Assembly: GCA_013815535.1 (NCBI GenBank)
Contig: JACDGC010000001.1
Coordinates: 451-64,450, forward strand
DNA: 64,000 nt
Source: Ktedonobacterales bacterium
GTDB taxonomy: Bacteria > Chloroflexota > Ktedonobacteria > Ktedonobacterales > JACDGC01
Reading direction: 5' to 3'
Part shown: piece after piece, positions 54,333 through 63,074 of the stretch
How positions within the stretch are numbered: the first letter of the stretch is position 1
Layout: each line of letters begins with the position of its first letter
Translations under genes and position numbers: made by a program
Notes under the pieces: generated by a model
What the model saw: the letters and a program-made list of their open reading frames with translations, nothing else
Database searches by the model: none
What the model was told of the DNA's origin: nothing

Positions 54333-55361
54333 TCATAGCACGAAATGCCATGCAAGTAGACTTCGATCACCGCCAGCAACGAAGTATTTTTCATCAGTCG
54401 TCCAACGAATCCGCGTGAGTTCTTCGCCGAATTCAAGCACTTGGTGTTCTCGCAGAGTCGCTACATCCCAGAGACGAATGGTGTCGTCGTCCCCACCTGA
54501 TGCTATCCAGCGTCCATCGGGGGACCAGGCCACTGCCGTAATCGTTGAGCGGGTACCGCTATGGCCAGGAAAGATCGCTAAGGCATCTTCTTTATAAGGG
54601 GGAGCAAATTCATATTGGCGCATATGTTGAGCGACATGAGCGGGGCCTGGACCAGCTTTCCAAATCTGGAGATTATAGCTCGTCTCCCCCGAGCCTTTAT
54701 CCGTCCTTCCTCCTACCACAAGCGCAGAGCTATCCGGATGCCAAGCTATGGCTTGTATCCTGAATTGCGCATTGTAGTACCTCCGTAAGATGGTATTGCC
54801 GGTGTGACTATCCCAAATTTGTAGGGTGTCATCATCACTGAGTGAGGCAACACGCGTACCGTCAGGGGAAGGTGCCAGCACCAACGCAGGTTTTCTGTGA
54901 CCTTTATAAGTGAGAACCACGGTACCTGTGCTGGCCTTTGCTAAACAGACCACGCCTTCTTTTTCGTCTGGGTAAAAGCGATTATACAGCAAACGCTGCC
55001 CATCAGCGGTGAGGGCACAGACCTGGCAATCATAAGCGAGGATAGAGTAATAAAAGCGCAAGCTGTCTTGGGGAACCTGATAGGCATGCATATCACGGCG
55101 TGAGCTGTTTATCACCAACAGCGTTTGCGGTGACTCCCAAAGTAAGGTCCTAGACCAGAAAGGGGGGTGATTGAGCCTATCTTCATGCATCATGATCACT
55201 GCCCCTGTCGCGAGATCGGCGACATAAAAGTGCTGATCATACGCATTGGCGAAGGCGAGCCTTTGATTATCTGGAGTAATATCCCAACTGTTGATGTAGG
55301 CTTCGTGTGGCGCACGCAAATCCACGGAAAAGATCGCATCCTGTGTCGTGAAATGGCCCAT
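54333..55361 (-). CDS. WD40-repeat beta-propeller protein
   Basis: Repeats ending in ...SPDGTRVASLSDDDTLQIWD and ...SPDGRWIASGGDDDTIRLWD. The preferred start is ATG 55361 (MGHFTTQ). Confidence 0.75.
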   Translation of the reverse strand: MGHFTTQDAIFSVDLRAPHEAYINSWDITPDNQRLAFANAYDQHFYVADLATGAVIMMHEDRLNHPPFWSRTLLWESPQTLLVINSSRRDMHAYQVPQDSLRFYYSILAYDCQVCALTADGQRLLYNRFYPDEKEGVVCLAKASTGTVVLTYKGHRKPALVLAPSPDGTRVASLSDDDTLQIWDSHTGNTILRRYYNAQFRIQAIAWHPDSSALVVGGRTDKGSGETSYNLQIWKAGPGPAHVAQHMRQYEFAPPYKEDALAIFPGHSGTRSTITAVAWSPDGRWIASGGDDDTIRLWDVATLREHQVLEFGEELTRIRWTTDEKYFVAGGDRSLLAWHFVL

Positions 55362-55461
55362 GTTCTTATCCTTTCTAGGCAGACAAAGGGGGGAAGAGCT
55401 TGCGTTACTATAGAAAATAATTTCGATGATGTCAACGGTGCAGCGTTGGAAAAGCTGGTGG

Positions 55462-57183
55462 TCACTCGAAAAGGTGGGGCGGTTCGGGCAAAGGAGGCGG
55501 CGTGCGACCATAGCCGGGATCAAAGGGCCAATCGTTGCGATGCGAAGCGGCCACCGCCTCACGGTCGCACTCGTTATTTAATTGGTCGGTCGCATGTCCT
55601 TGGACCTTTGCGAAGGCCACCTGATGCTGATCGAGCAACGGGATCAGTCGTTCGAGCAAATCCCAGTTGGGCACCGCGACATGACCACTCTGCCACCAGT
55701 GCCGTTGTTGGAGTTCCCGACAGTTCTTCGCTGCGGCGATGACATACGTCGAGTCGGTATAGACGGTGACGACGCAGGGCATCTTGAGCGCTTCCAATCC
55801 CAGCAGCACCGCGCTGAGTTCGGCGCGATTATTGGTCGAACGGGCATAGCCTCCGGTGAGGATGCGGCGGCGCTCTCCTGCGAGTAAAATGGAACAGAAG
55901 CCAGCCACGCCGGGGTTGCCACGGCAGGCGCCGTCTGTATAAAGCGTTACGGTTGGTTGGTGGGGTGTTGTCATGAGCAGTTCTTCCTGATGCGAGGTGT
56001 TCGTTTCGTCCCCCCAGCGGATCGCGGTCTCGCCAAAACGTGATTTGAGCTGGGAAAGGGTTGCGGCGAGTTGGGTGTCGCGGGTCAAGCGCGCGGCAGT
56101 CTGCGGCTGCCAGAGGTCGAGTTGGGGGGTGAGTTCCCCAATTTGGTCGACGCCCAGGCCAATGAGGCGCACGGGAGCGGCCTTCTGATGCCAAAGCGTA
56201 TTGAAGAGGTCGAGGGCCGCGTTGGTAACGGTCGCTTCCTCATAGGTGGGGGCTGCGAGGGCGACTTGGCGGGTGAGCGTCACGAAGTCGGCCCAGCGTA
56301 CCTTGATGCGGACGACCTTCCCTTGTTGACCCAGGGTCCATAGCCGTCGGCTCACGGCGCGCGCCTGACGCCGGATCTGTTGGGTCAGAACCTGCGGATC
56401 AGTGATATCGGCGGTGAAGGTCCGTTCTTGACTGACTGACTGCCGTTGCCTTCCTATCTCGACATCGCTGGTATCGTGCCCGCGACTGAGCGCTGCGAGC
56501 GGTAGGCACCAGCGACCAAAGGTGTGGAGCAGGTCGGCGTCGTTCCATTGCGCCAGATCGCTAATCGTGCGGATGCCTTGTTGGCGTAAGCGGATGGCGG
56601 TTTGCGGCCCGACGCCGAACAGGGTGTCGATGGGCAGTGGCGCGAGGAAAGCCGCTTCAGTACCAGCGGGGACAATGGTGATGGCATTGGGCGGTTGCCC
56701 TTTGGTCGCTTGCGACTTACCCGTGTCTGCTGCCATTTTTGCGGTGGCTCTTCCTTGTGCGATGCCAAGGGAGCAGGGCAAGCCTAAGGTATCGCGGATG
56801 TAGGTCTGAATCTGCTCGGCGAGGGCGGTTTTCTCCATCGCGATATGCTCGATACGGAACACCCCTTCATCCACGCTGCGCTGCTCGAAGAGGGGCGACC
56901 AGGTGCACAGATACTCCATGACTCTTCGTGACGCCTGTTGATAGCGCGTGAAATGGGGCGGCACGATGCGCAGCTCAGGGCAGAGGCGCACGGCTTGCGC
57001 CATCGGCATCGCGGAACGGACGCCACGGGCACGGGCGGCATAGGACGCCGAGGCGACGACGCCGCGTTGATCAGGCTGGCCACCGACGGCGACCGTCTGG
57101 CCGTGCAGGGAGGGGTTGTAGCGCTCCTCAACGGCGACAAAGAAGTTGTCTAAGTCAAGATGGGCAAATCGCTTACTTGGCAT
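55462..57183 (-). CDS. dinB: DinB (Pol IV, Y-family polymerase) fused in frame to RNase HI
   Basis: The N-terminal part is HLDLDNFFVAVEERYNPSLHGQTVAVGG...RGVVASASYAARARGVRSAMPM...SVDEGVF (DinB motifs). The C-terminal 170 aa (55462-55974) is VTLYTDGACRGNPGVAG...TNNRAELSAVLLGLEAL...VTVYTDSTYV...KVQGHATDQLNNECDREA (RNase HI DEDD motifs). There is no stop between the halves. Confidence 0.85.
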   Translation of the reverse strand: MPSKRFAHLDLDNFFVAVEERYNPSLHGQTVAVGGQPDQRGVVASASYAARARGVRSAMPMAQAVRLCPELRIVPPHFTRYQQASRRVMEYLCTWSPLFEQRSVDEGVFRIEHIAMEKTALAEQIQTYIRDTLGLPCSLGIAQGRATAKMAADTGKSQATKGQPPNAITIVPAGTEAAFLAPLPIDTLFGVGPQTAIRLRQQGIRTISDLAQWNDADLLHTFGRWCLPLAALSRGHDTSDVEIGRQRQSVSQERTFTADITDPQVLTQQIRRQARAVSRRLWTLGQQGKVVRIKVRWADFVTLTRQVALAAPTYEEATVTNAALDLFNTLWHQKAAPVRLIGLGVDQIGELTPQLDLWQPQTAARLTRDTQLAATLSQLKSRFGETAIRWGDETNTSHQEELLMTTPHQPTVTLYTDGACRGNPGVAGFCSILLAGERRRILTGGYARSTNNRAELSAVLLGLEALKMPCVVTVYTDSTYVIAAAKNCRELQQRHWWQSGHVAVPNWDLLERLIPLLDQHQVAFAKVQGHATDQLNNECDREAVAASHRNDWPFDPGYGRTPPPLPEPPHLFE

Positions 57184-57432
57184 GACCTTCTCCTGTCGCT
57201 CGCGTTCTCCTTGTTTACCTCTGCTCCGAAGTATAGCTTATGGAACGGATGACCTGCTGTGGCGCTAAGACCATCGGCGCGTCATGAAAAACTCTCGCCA
57301 TCGCCTCGTTCTAACAAGAAGGCACCATTGCTGGCTGCTTCCTATGAGGCAGCGCGTAGAAGAAGGACATTGAGTAGGGGAAGTTTCTGGAAGATGAGGT
57401 TTTCCCATCACGGTGATCAAAGGGGAGAGCGT

Positions 57433-57867
57433 ATGGCACGTGTATTGGTGATGGCCTGTTCAGCGACAAAGCTGGCGACAGATATTCCGGTGATGGCCTA
57501 TGAACTTTACAAAGGTGTATTTTGGGCCGTGCTGCATAAGCAATATCTCCACTGGTCGGACCTCGGTCCTCTGGATCTCCGGATCATCTCCGCCGAATAT
57601 GGCCTGTTGCACCCAACGACCCTAGTATCCCCCTATGAACGCCGGATGACTTTTGAGCGAGCGAAAGACCTGCAACCAGCGGTGAGCGTTGCGCTGCTCC
57701 CCTTTGCCGATGCGTCAGATGTGTTCCTGTGTTGTTCACCGGTGTACCGCGCGGCAATCAACGTCAACTGGCACTATCCGCCTACCATTCCACACGGAGG
57801 GATCGGTCAACAAATGCGCCAATTGAAAGATTGGTTGACCAATGATGCGTTGCGGCGGTCCCAGTAA
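57433..57867 (+). CDS. hypothetical protein (144 aa)
   Basis: ATG 57433 (MARVLVMACSATKLATDIPVMAYELYKGVFW) is preceded by GGGGAG. The family is not confidently recognised. Confidence 0.4.
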   Translation: MARVLVMACSATKLATDIPVMAYELYKGVFWAVLHKQYLHWSDLGPLDLRIISAEYGLLHPTTLVSPYERRMTFERAKDLQPAVSVALLPFADASDVFLCCSPVYRAAINVNWHYPPTIPHGGIGQQMRQLKDWLTNDALRRSQ

Positions 57868-57924
57868 TCATCGCTCCAAAAGAGAGCGGCGATCATCGCC
57901 AGTTCATGCACCTCCACCATTCGG

Positions 57925-59469
57925 TTAGTCGTGAACGTCCTCTGTCGGCCAAATATAAAGCGGTCCATGACTTGTCCCAGCCGCGAGCCGCTTTCCATCA
58001 GGAGCAAAGGCCAGAGATTCTACGCGGTTGGGATAGGGGAAGCCGCGAAACAGCGGAGCATCATCGGGGTATCGTACATAATTTGGGTTCCCAGAATAGC
58101 GCGAATCATCAACAACGAACGAGCGCGTGATACGTCCCGTCTGTATTTCCCAGATATGCGCGCCACCCGTTCCACCCACCGCGAGCAGGTCCCCCTTCGG
58201 CGACCAAGCCATCGCACAATCGTCGCTATATCGTGCCTCAATTAACTGAGGTGGCATACGGTATTGTGGGCGTAATGTACTGGCTTGCATGATTTCCACG
58301 CCATGATAGGCATTGATCGTCTCCCCAAATCGAGCACTCATGGCGATCAGATAGCTCCCTGGAGACCATAGCAGCATTTTTGGCGAATAGCTGTGTCTCC
58401 AGGGAAGTTGCCGTCCAACGATTGTCGTGCGATCAAACGCATTCCACACGTGTAACTGCGGCTTCGCAGTTTGCTCTGTTCCAACAGAAGCAATACGCGA
58501 ACCATCTGGCGACCACGCGACGACATCCACCTGAGTCGATGCGCCATCTCGTTTCTGTTTTGTAGCGTGGGCTGGTGGTGTACTGGCTCCTGGTTGTGTA
58601 TGTCCGTAATAGCCACTCGCTGCAGATTTGAAGTTTTGTGCCACCTGCACGATACGCCCGTAAGCTCCCCCCATAACCAAATAACGCCCATCCGGTGAGA
58701 AACTGGCAGAGCGCACTGTCTCGGGGTAAGCATGCCCAGCAACTTGGTGACGGTGGGGAATATCCCAAACGACAACGTTCCCTTCACCTCCGACCAAAGC
58801 GACGAGGTGAGGTGCTCGCTCAATGAGGGCAAAGGAGGTAATGAGTATATCGCCAGCGAGGGTGAAGGGATCTTCTTCTTGGTTGGTATTGATATTCCAA
58901 ACATGACACGCATTCTCCCCATCAACCACGGCCAACACGTAGGCGCCGTCGCCGGTCCAACCAACTTGGTTGACATAGCGATTGAGCCTCAACTGATGCA
59001 AGGCGTCCGCAGGTGTGAGAACAATTGATCCTTGAATGCGGGCATCGCGCAACTGGCGAGCATATCCTACCTGACCTTGGACTGCGGCGGTGAGCGCTTC
59101 AATTCCTCGTTCAACCGTCATCGTGGTTAGATTGAGGTAGAAGACGATGGAAATCCATGGTGGCGGGTTACAGGGTTGTAAGATGACAGGGAGGAATACG
59201 CGGCTTTGATCCTTTTCGGCAAGATGCAAGAACTCTTGAATTTCACGCATGACTGGTACAGATTCGAGGGCCGCTGGCGATAAAAAAGCGATCAAGGTAT
59301 TGTTTTGCGTCAGTGCTGTCGTAATGGCTTCAAAAAGGGACGCTCCGACGGGCAATGAGTCTTGGTCATACCACACTGAGAAGGTGCGACGCAGGGCCGC
59401 AACATAGCGAGACACCAGGGGAATGGCGGCTTCTGCATGACTCACAAAGAGCGTTTTTTCCGGTTCCAT
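57925..59469 (-). CDS. TIR-domain protein fused to a WD40 beta-propeller
   Basis: The N-terminus LFVSHAEAAIPLVSRYVAALRRTFSVWYDQDSLPVGASLFEAITTALTQNNTLIAFLSPAALESVPVMREIQEF fits the bacterial TIR_2 pattern, including the S...E segment. It is followed by WD40 repeats (VAWSPDGSRIASVG, MAWSPKGDLLAVGG, LAFAPDGKRLAAGTSHG). No NTPase domain lies between them. The preferred start is ATG 59469. Confidence 0.7.
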   Translation of the reverse strand: MEPEKTLFVSHAEAAIPLVSRYVAALRRTFSVWYDQDSLPVGASLFEAITTALTQNNTLIAFLSPAALESVPVMREIQEFLHLAEKDQSRVFLPVILQPCNPPPWISIVFYLNLTTMTVERGIEALTAAVQGQVGYARQLRDARIQGSIVLTPADALHQLRLNRYVNQVGWTGDGAYVLAVVDGENACHVWNINTNQEEDPFTLAGDILITSFALIERAPHLVALVGGEGNVVVWDIPHRHQVAGHAYPETVRSASFSPDGRYLVMGGAYGRIVQVAQNFKSAASGYYGHTQPGASTPPAHATKQKRDGASTQVDVVAWSPDGSRIASVGTEQTAKPQLHVWNAFDRTTIVGRQLPWRHSYSPKMLLWSPGSYLIAMSARFGETINAYHGVEIMQASTLRPQYRMPPQLIEARYSDDCAMAWSPKGDLLAVGGTGGAHIWEIQTGRITRSFVVDDSRYSGNPNYVRYPDDAPLFRGFPYPNRVESLAFAPDGKRLAAGTSHGPLYIWPTEDVHD

Positions 59470-59638
59470 CGCGCGGGTCCTCACTCTCGATCCACAACTG
59501 AATCGCTTCACGTACATCAGCCTGGCGAAGATGTACTCACTTGGTAGAATGCACAAGGGTCTTCCGATATTGTACGCATGTTAGGCAAGCGGATGTATAT
59601 AATGAGAGAACAGTAGAGAAGCATTTGGAGGCGAACTG

Positions 59639-60325
59639 ATGAATCCGTTTTTACGCTACCAGTATGACTGTAGCCAAACGCTGAATGGACTCGATGCTGA
59701 ATTACGATTAGCTGAGCCTGGAAACCCGCTAGATCCTCATTTACGTGCGGCCGCTATCCTAGGTTGTCGCTTTTTAGGACGCATGGTTAATGATCCTGAT
59801 TTTAATCGCGATCTTCAGTTTTTCTTCTCGAATGCTGTTCCACGGAGGCAAACGCTGGGTACGCAGCGAGATGCTGAAAGTCTTTCCCAGTTTGATTTGT
59901 TTTTGAATCTAGAACGCGAACTACTCGAACGAACTGGTTTGGAGGCCAATCTTATTGACGGAGCAATCAACGCTATTCGCGAGGCCACTTTTTATGGCGG
60001 TTCAGTAACAGAAATGATAGCTGGTATTCAATTGCTGCAGCAGCACACGTGCTTGGCTAGCACCATGCTGACTCAACCTGAGGATTTTGCACCAGTTGGT
60101 CCTCCACCTGAACAAGTCCAGGCGATCCTCCAACGACGTGGAACCGGGATACAGGGCTATTTGCTGTTACTTGAAACGGCTTTGATGGGCATCGTCGTGA
60201 TCGGAGCCAATGCTTCGGCCACCCAACTTTCAACTTTTGGGCAGACCATGTCTGGAGAATTGGGTATTGCTTTGCTTTCATCAATGATTGCAAAGGCAGT
60301 GGATGCGGCAAACACGTTTTCCTAG
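59639..60325 (+). CDS. hypothetical protein with a C-terminal hydrophobic region, in a lower-GC patch
   Basis: 228-aa ORF divergent from the TIR-WD40 gene. GYLLLLETALMGIVVIGA and LGIALLSSMIA are hydrophobic. Confidence 0.4.
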   Translation: MNPFLRYQYDCSQTLNGLDAELRLAEPGNPLDPHLRAAAILGCRFLGRMVNDPDFNRDLQFFFSNAVPRRQTLGTQRDAESLSQFDLFLNLERELLERTGLEANLIDGAINAIREATFYGGSVTEMIAGIQLLQQHTCLASTMLTQPEDFAPVGPPPEQVQAILQRRGTGIQGYLLLLETALMGIVVIGANASATQLSTFGQTMSGELGIALLSSMIAKAVDAANTFS

Positions 60326-60524
60326 TACCTGGCTATAATCGATCCTGAGTTGAAGACGTGGAGCACCTTAGTGGATTCGATTGTCATTGATGCGCAAGAT
60401 GCCGTTGTCGAACTCCTGCTCTCCTTGGTAACTGACCTAGCCGTTCAGTGTATGGTCCCACGGAGCCAAGAAATGCTGAAGTAAAAAGGTCAGCCAACCG
60501 CGAAAGCTACCGCCAGCATATGCG

Positions 60525-60935
60525 TTGCGATCGTGTTGGGTCTGTGAAAGTTTGATCCAGTGGGCAGCGAGCGAGAGCGCGTGTAGTGAACGCTGCCGTC
60601 GGTTGTTGTGGGCCGAATCGTATCGCATCGACCGTATCCGCGAGGAGTCGCGGCGCAAGGGTCATCGCGCTGATATTACCCTGGAGCAGTGGGCACGCGT
60701 GATTCGCTTCTTCAATGGCGTCTGTGCCTATTGTGGTGCGCCGTTTGACACGGCTGACCATGTTGTCCCATGTCATCTTGGCGGTCCAAGTACGGCCGCG
60801 AACCTGATCCCCGCCTGTTTTGCCTGCAATGTCGCCAAAGGGGGACGTCGCTTCGAAGAGGTGGACGACCTGCCGCCAGTGGGAAGGACACGGGTGCAGG
60901 CATATGTCGTGTGGGTGGAGGGACTAGGGCGATGA
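60525..60935 (+). CDS. HNH endonuclease
   Basis: CAYCGAPFDTADHVVPCHLGGPSTAANLIPACFACNVAKG is the HNH core with flanking Cys pairs. The start is TTG in the track and is uncertain. Confidence 0.7.
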   Translation: MRSCWVCESLIQWAASESACSERCRRLLWAESYRIDRIREESRRKGHRADITLEQWARVIRFFNGVCAYCGAPFDTADHVVPCHLGGPSTAANLIPACFACNVAKGGRRFEEVDDLPPVGRTRVQAYVVWVEGLGR

Positions 60936-61684
60936 GCGAATCGTCTGCACCTCCGCCGGGTGCTTCCGCTGAGGAGCTGCGCACACGTGCCCACGAGTTG
61001 GCCGATCAATTGGGGGAACGGCGCGGTGGACCACGCTGGCAGATCGTGCAAGTGGTGCGGATCCTGGGCATCGAACGCACCCAGGAGTTGGTCACTACGG
61101 CGCTCGCTCAGGCGGCTCAAGGAGGGGAGCTGACGCGTGATGGGCAGCGCCAGCGCACGACGGGAGGCATCTTCTTCCAGTTGGTACGCCAATTGACCAC
61201 GAAGCATCCTCGCCTTGCGCGCATGTTTATGGCGCATCCCCCGAAACCAGAGGGAGCGAAAGCCACACCGCCACCTCTCCCCCCGCCACCGGCGCGTTGG
61301 GAAGATCGGCTGGCGGCACTTGCGGAGATCACCGAGGACGGAAGGGCACGCACCATGAAGCTGACCTTGACAGGGCGACCGGGTACTGTAGTGGACAAAG
61401 GCACGTACATCTTGACCACCATGCCCGCCCAAAAGATGCCGGCCTTCCCCAAAGGCTTGCCCGCGTTGCCGCCGGATGTGCAACCACCGCAGACCGTGGT
61501 GATGGTGGCGAAGAAGCAGTGGCAGCGCGTCGAGGCGGCCCTGAGTGATCCGGAGGATATGCTGGTGCTCGAAGGTTTCGCCATGTATGAGCCATCAGTC
61601 AAAGGGTTGGTGGTGTTGGCAATGAATGTCACGACGAGTCAGCAGCAGCGCGACAAACGCGCGGCGACACCCCCTTCCGACTAG
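60932..61684 (+). CDS. PHAX-like (RNA_GG_bind-type) RNA-binding domain protein
   Basis: ATG 60932 overlaps the HNH stop (ATGA). IVQVVRILGIERTQELVTTALAQAAQGGELTRDGQRQRTTGGIFFQLVRQL matches the PHAX RNA-binding domain pattern (...GG..t.dG.r.RT.GGvFf.L). Confidence 0.45.
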   Translation: MSESSAPPPGASAEELRTRAHELADQLGERRGGPRWQIVQVVRILGIERTQELVTTALAQAAQGGELTRDGQRQRTTGGIFFQLVRQLTTKHPRLARMFMAHPPKPEGAKATPPPLPPPPARWEDRLAALAEITEDGRARTMKLTLTGRPGTVVDKGTYILTTMPAQKMPAFPKGLPALPPDVQPPQTVVMVAKKQWQRVEAALSDPEDMLVLEGFAMYEPSVKGLVVLAMNVTTSQQQRDKRAATPPSD

Positions 61685-61744
61685 CAGCGGGCGGACGGTT
61701 TCCCCTCGTCAGGCGAGCATCTCTTGGTGATCGTTGATGCGGGT

Positions 61745-62566
61745 TTATGGCATTACTAGACTTTCGTCCTGCGTGGTGGGTGTGCTGATGCGCCGGTGTC
61801 TGGGGGTTTGGGTGTGACAAATATGACACCCCTCGGCATCGGGAAAGCAGTCGTCGGCCATATCTTCGGTCAGCACTCCCCAGCGTGGGGTATACGTCGC
61901 AGCGGTTTGGTTCTTCACCGTATCGCAGGAGCGAAAATGAATGATAGCCTCCGTGCCGGTGATCCGGACAATACAGGCGGGATCGCTGTGGGTCTGACAC
62001 CAATCACGATACTGCTGATAGGTTGCGAGGGTTTCGACGTGCGGTACGGCGGTCGCGGGGGCCGCCAGGGCGAGGAGTTCTTGCGGTGCGGTAATGCCGG
62101 CGGCGAGAAGGCTTTGGGTCCAGGCCCCTAACAGTCGTTGGAGTTGTGCTCCCTGTTGCATGATGTGTTGTTGTTGTTGCCCAATGAGGGCGGCCATTTG
62201 GGTCATCTGGTCAATGATCGCCGGTGGCAGGGTCGGTGCGCCAGGAAAGATCTCCACGGATCCATGCACAAACAGCATCTGATTCGATACGAAGAAGGCG
62301 TCAGGATTCGCGCGTTTGACGGCCGTGATGCACGCACCACAGGCATCCGTATCATCAATGGTGCGTGTCGCCAGCGGCCAAGGATGATATTCGCTCGCGC
62401 GATAGGTGCCACACACCGGCATCGACGGACTGACATCGGTCAGGCTGATGTGGAAGAGACGCGAGCGACGCAGCCGTTCTTCGGCTTCAGCGCTGATCAC
62501 ACGGGGAATGACCTGTACCCAGCGAAAACGACGGTCTTTGAGGACCCAAATCTGTGTCTCGGCCAT
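61745..62566 (-). CDS. hypothetical protein
   Basis: ORF with preferred start MAETQIWV. Cys/His-rich ends. Confidence 0.4.
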   Translation of the reverse strand: MAETQIWVLKDRRFRWVQVIPRVISAEAEERLRRSRLFHISLTDVSPSMPVCGTYRASEYHPWPLATRTIDDTDACGACITAVKRANPDAFFVSNQMLFVHGSVEIFPGAPTLPPAIIDQMTQMAALIGQQQQHIMQQGAQLQRLLGAWTQSLLAAGITAPQELLALAAPATAVPHVETLATYQQYRDWCQTHSDPACIVRITGTEAIIHFRSCDTVKNQTAATYTPRWGVLTEDMADDCFPDAEGCHICHTQTPRHRRISTPTTQDESLVMP

Positions 62567-62650
62567 CAACAAACATCTCCTTTTGCCCTTCATCAGTAGC
62601 CGCTCTTCACGCTGTGGTGGTCAGGATGACCACGATGTGGCAGTTTTGTG

Positions 62651-63073
62651 CTAGGGGAAGTGGGGGAGCGTTTCCCCAGACACCTCTGAGTACAGGCCCA
62701 CGAGGTCACGGGTGAGGCGTGCCACCGTCCCCTCCTGGCGATGGTGACGCAACTGATCGACATACCACCGCACGAGGGCGGTGACCTGACCACTCGCAAT
62801 CTCCTCCGGCATCGCCAGCCCTTGTTCCCACAGCCACACCGTCGTCGCCGAGACCCCCGCGTCCGGGGGGAAGGCGCTCAAGACCCCCTCCATGCACTCA
62901 CGCGCGGTGTGCAATGTGGTGCCGAGCATTTGCGCCAGGTCAAAGGTCAGGTGCAACTCCCGAAATTCGTCCTCGGTCGCCCCATTGAGGAGCCGCGCCC
63001 GCGCATCGAGGCGGGCACGGACCAAATCGTGATCGGGAACAAAGGGGGGGAACGTTGCCATGGAATCTACCAT
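62651..63073 (-). CDS. hypothetical protein immediately downstream of the sigma factor (anti-sigma candidate by position only)
   Basis: ATG 63073 lies 1 nt after the sigma-factor stop (63075-63077). An alternative ATG is at 63061. Confidence 0.35.
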   Translation of the reverse strand: MVDSMATFPPFVPDHDLVRARLDARARLLNGATEDEFRELHLTFDLAQMLGTTLHTARECMEGVLSAFPPDAGVSATTVWLWEQGLAMPEEIASGQVTALVRWYVDQLRHHRQEGTVARLTRDLVGLYSEVSGETLPHFP

Positions 63074-63074
63074 C

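Noticed and set aside
57433-57867. Assigning the 144-aa protein to a named DUF family associated with phage or defence loci.
   Set aside because: I only have a vague recollection of a similar CS..K...Y.G.F pattern. Without a profile search the name would be a guess, so it is left as hypothetical.
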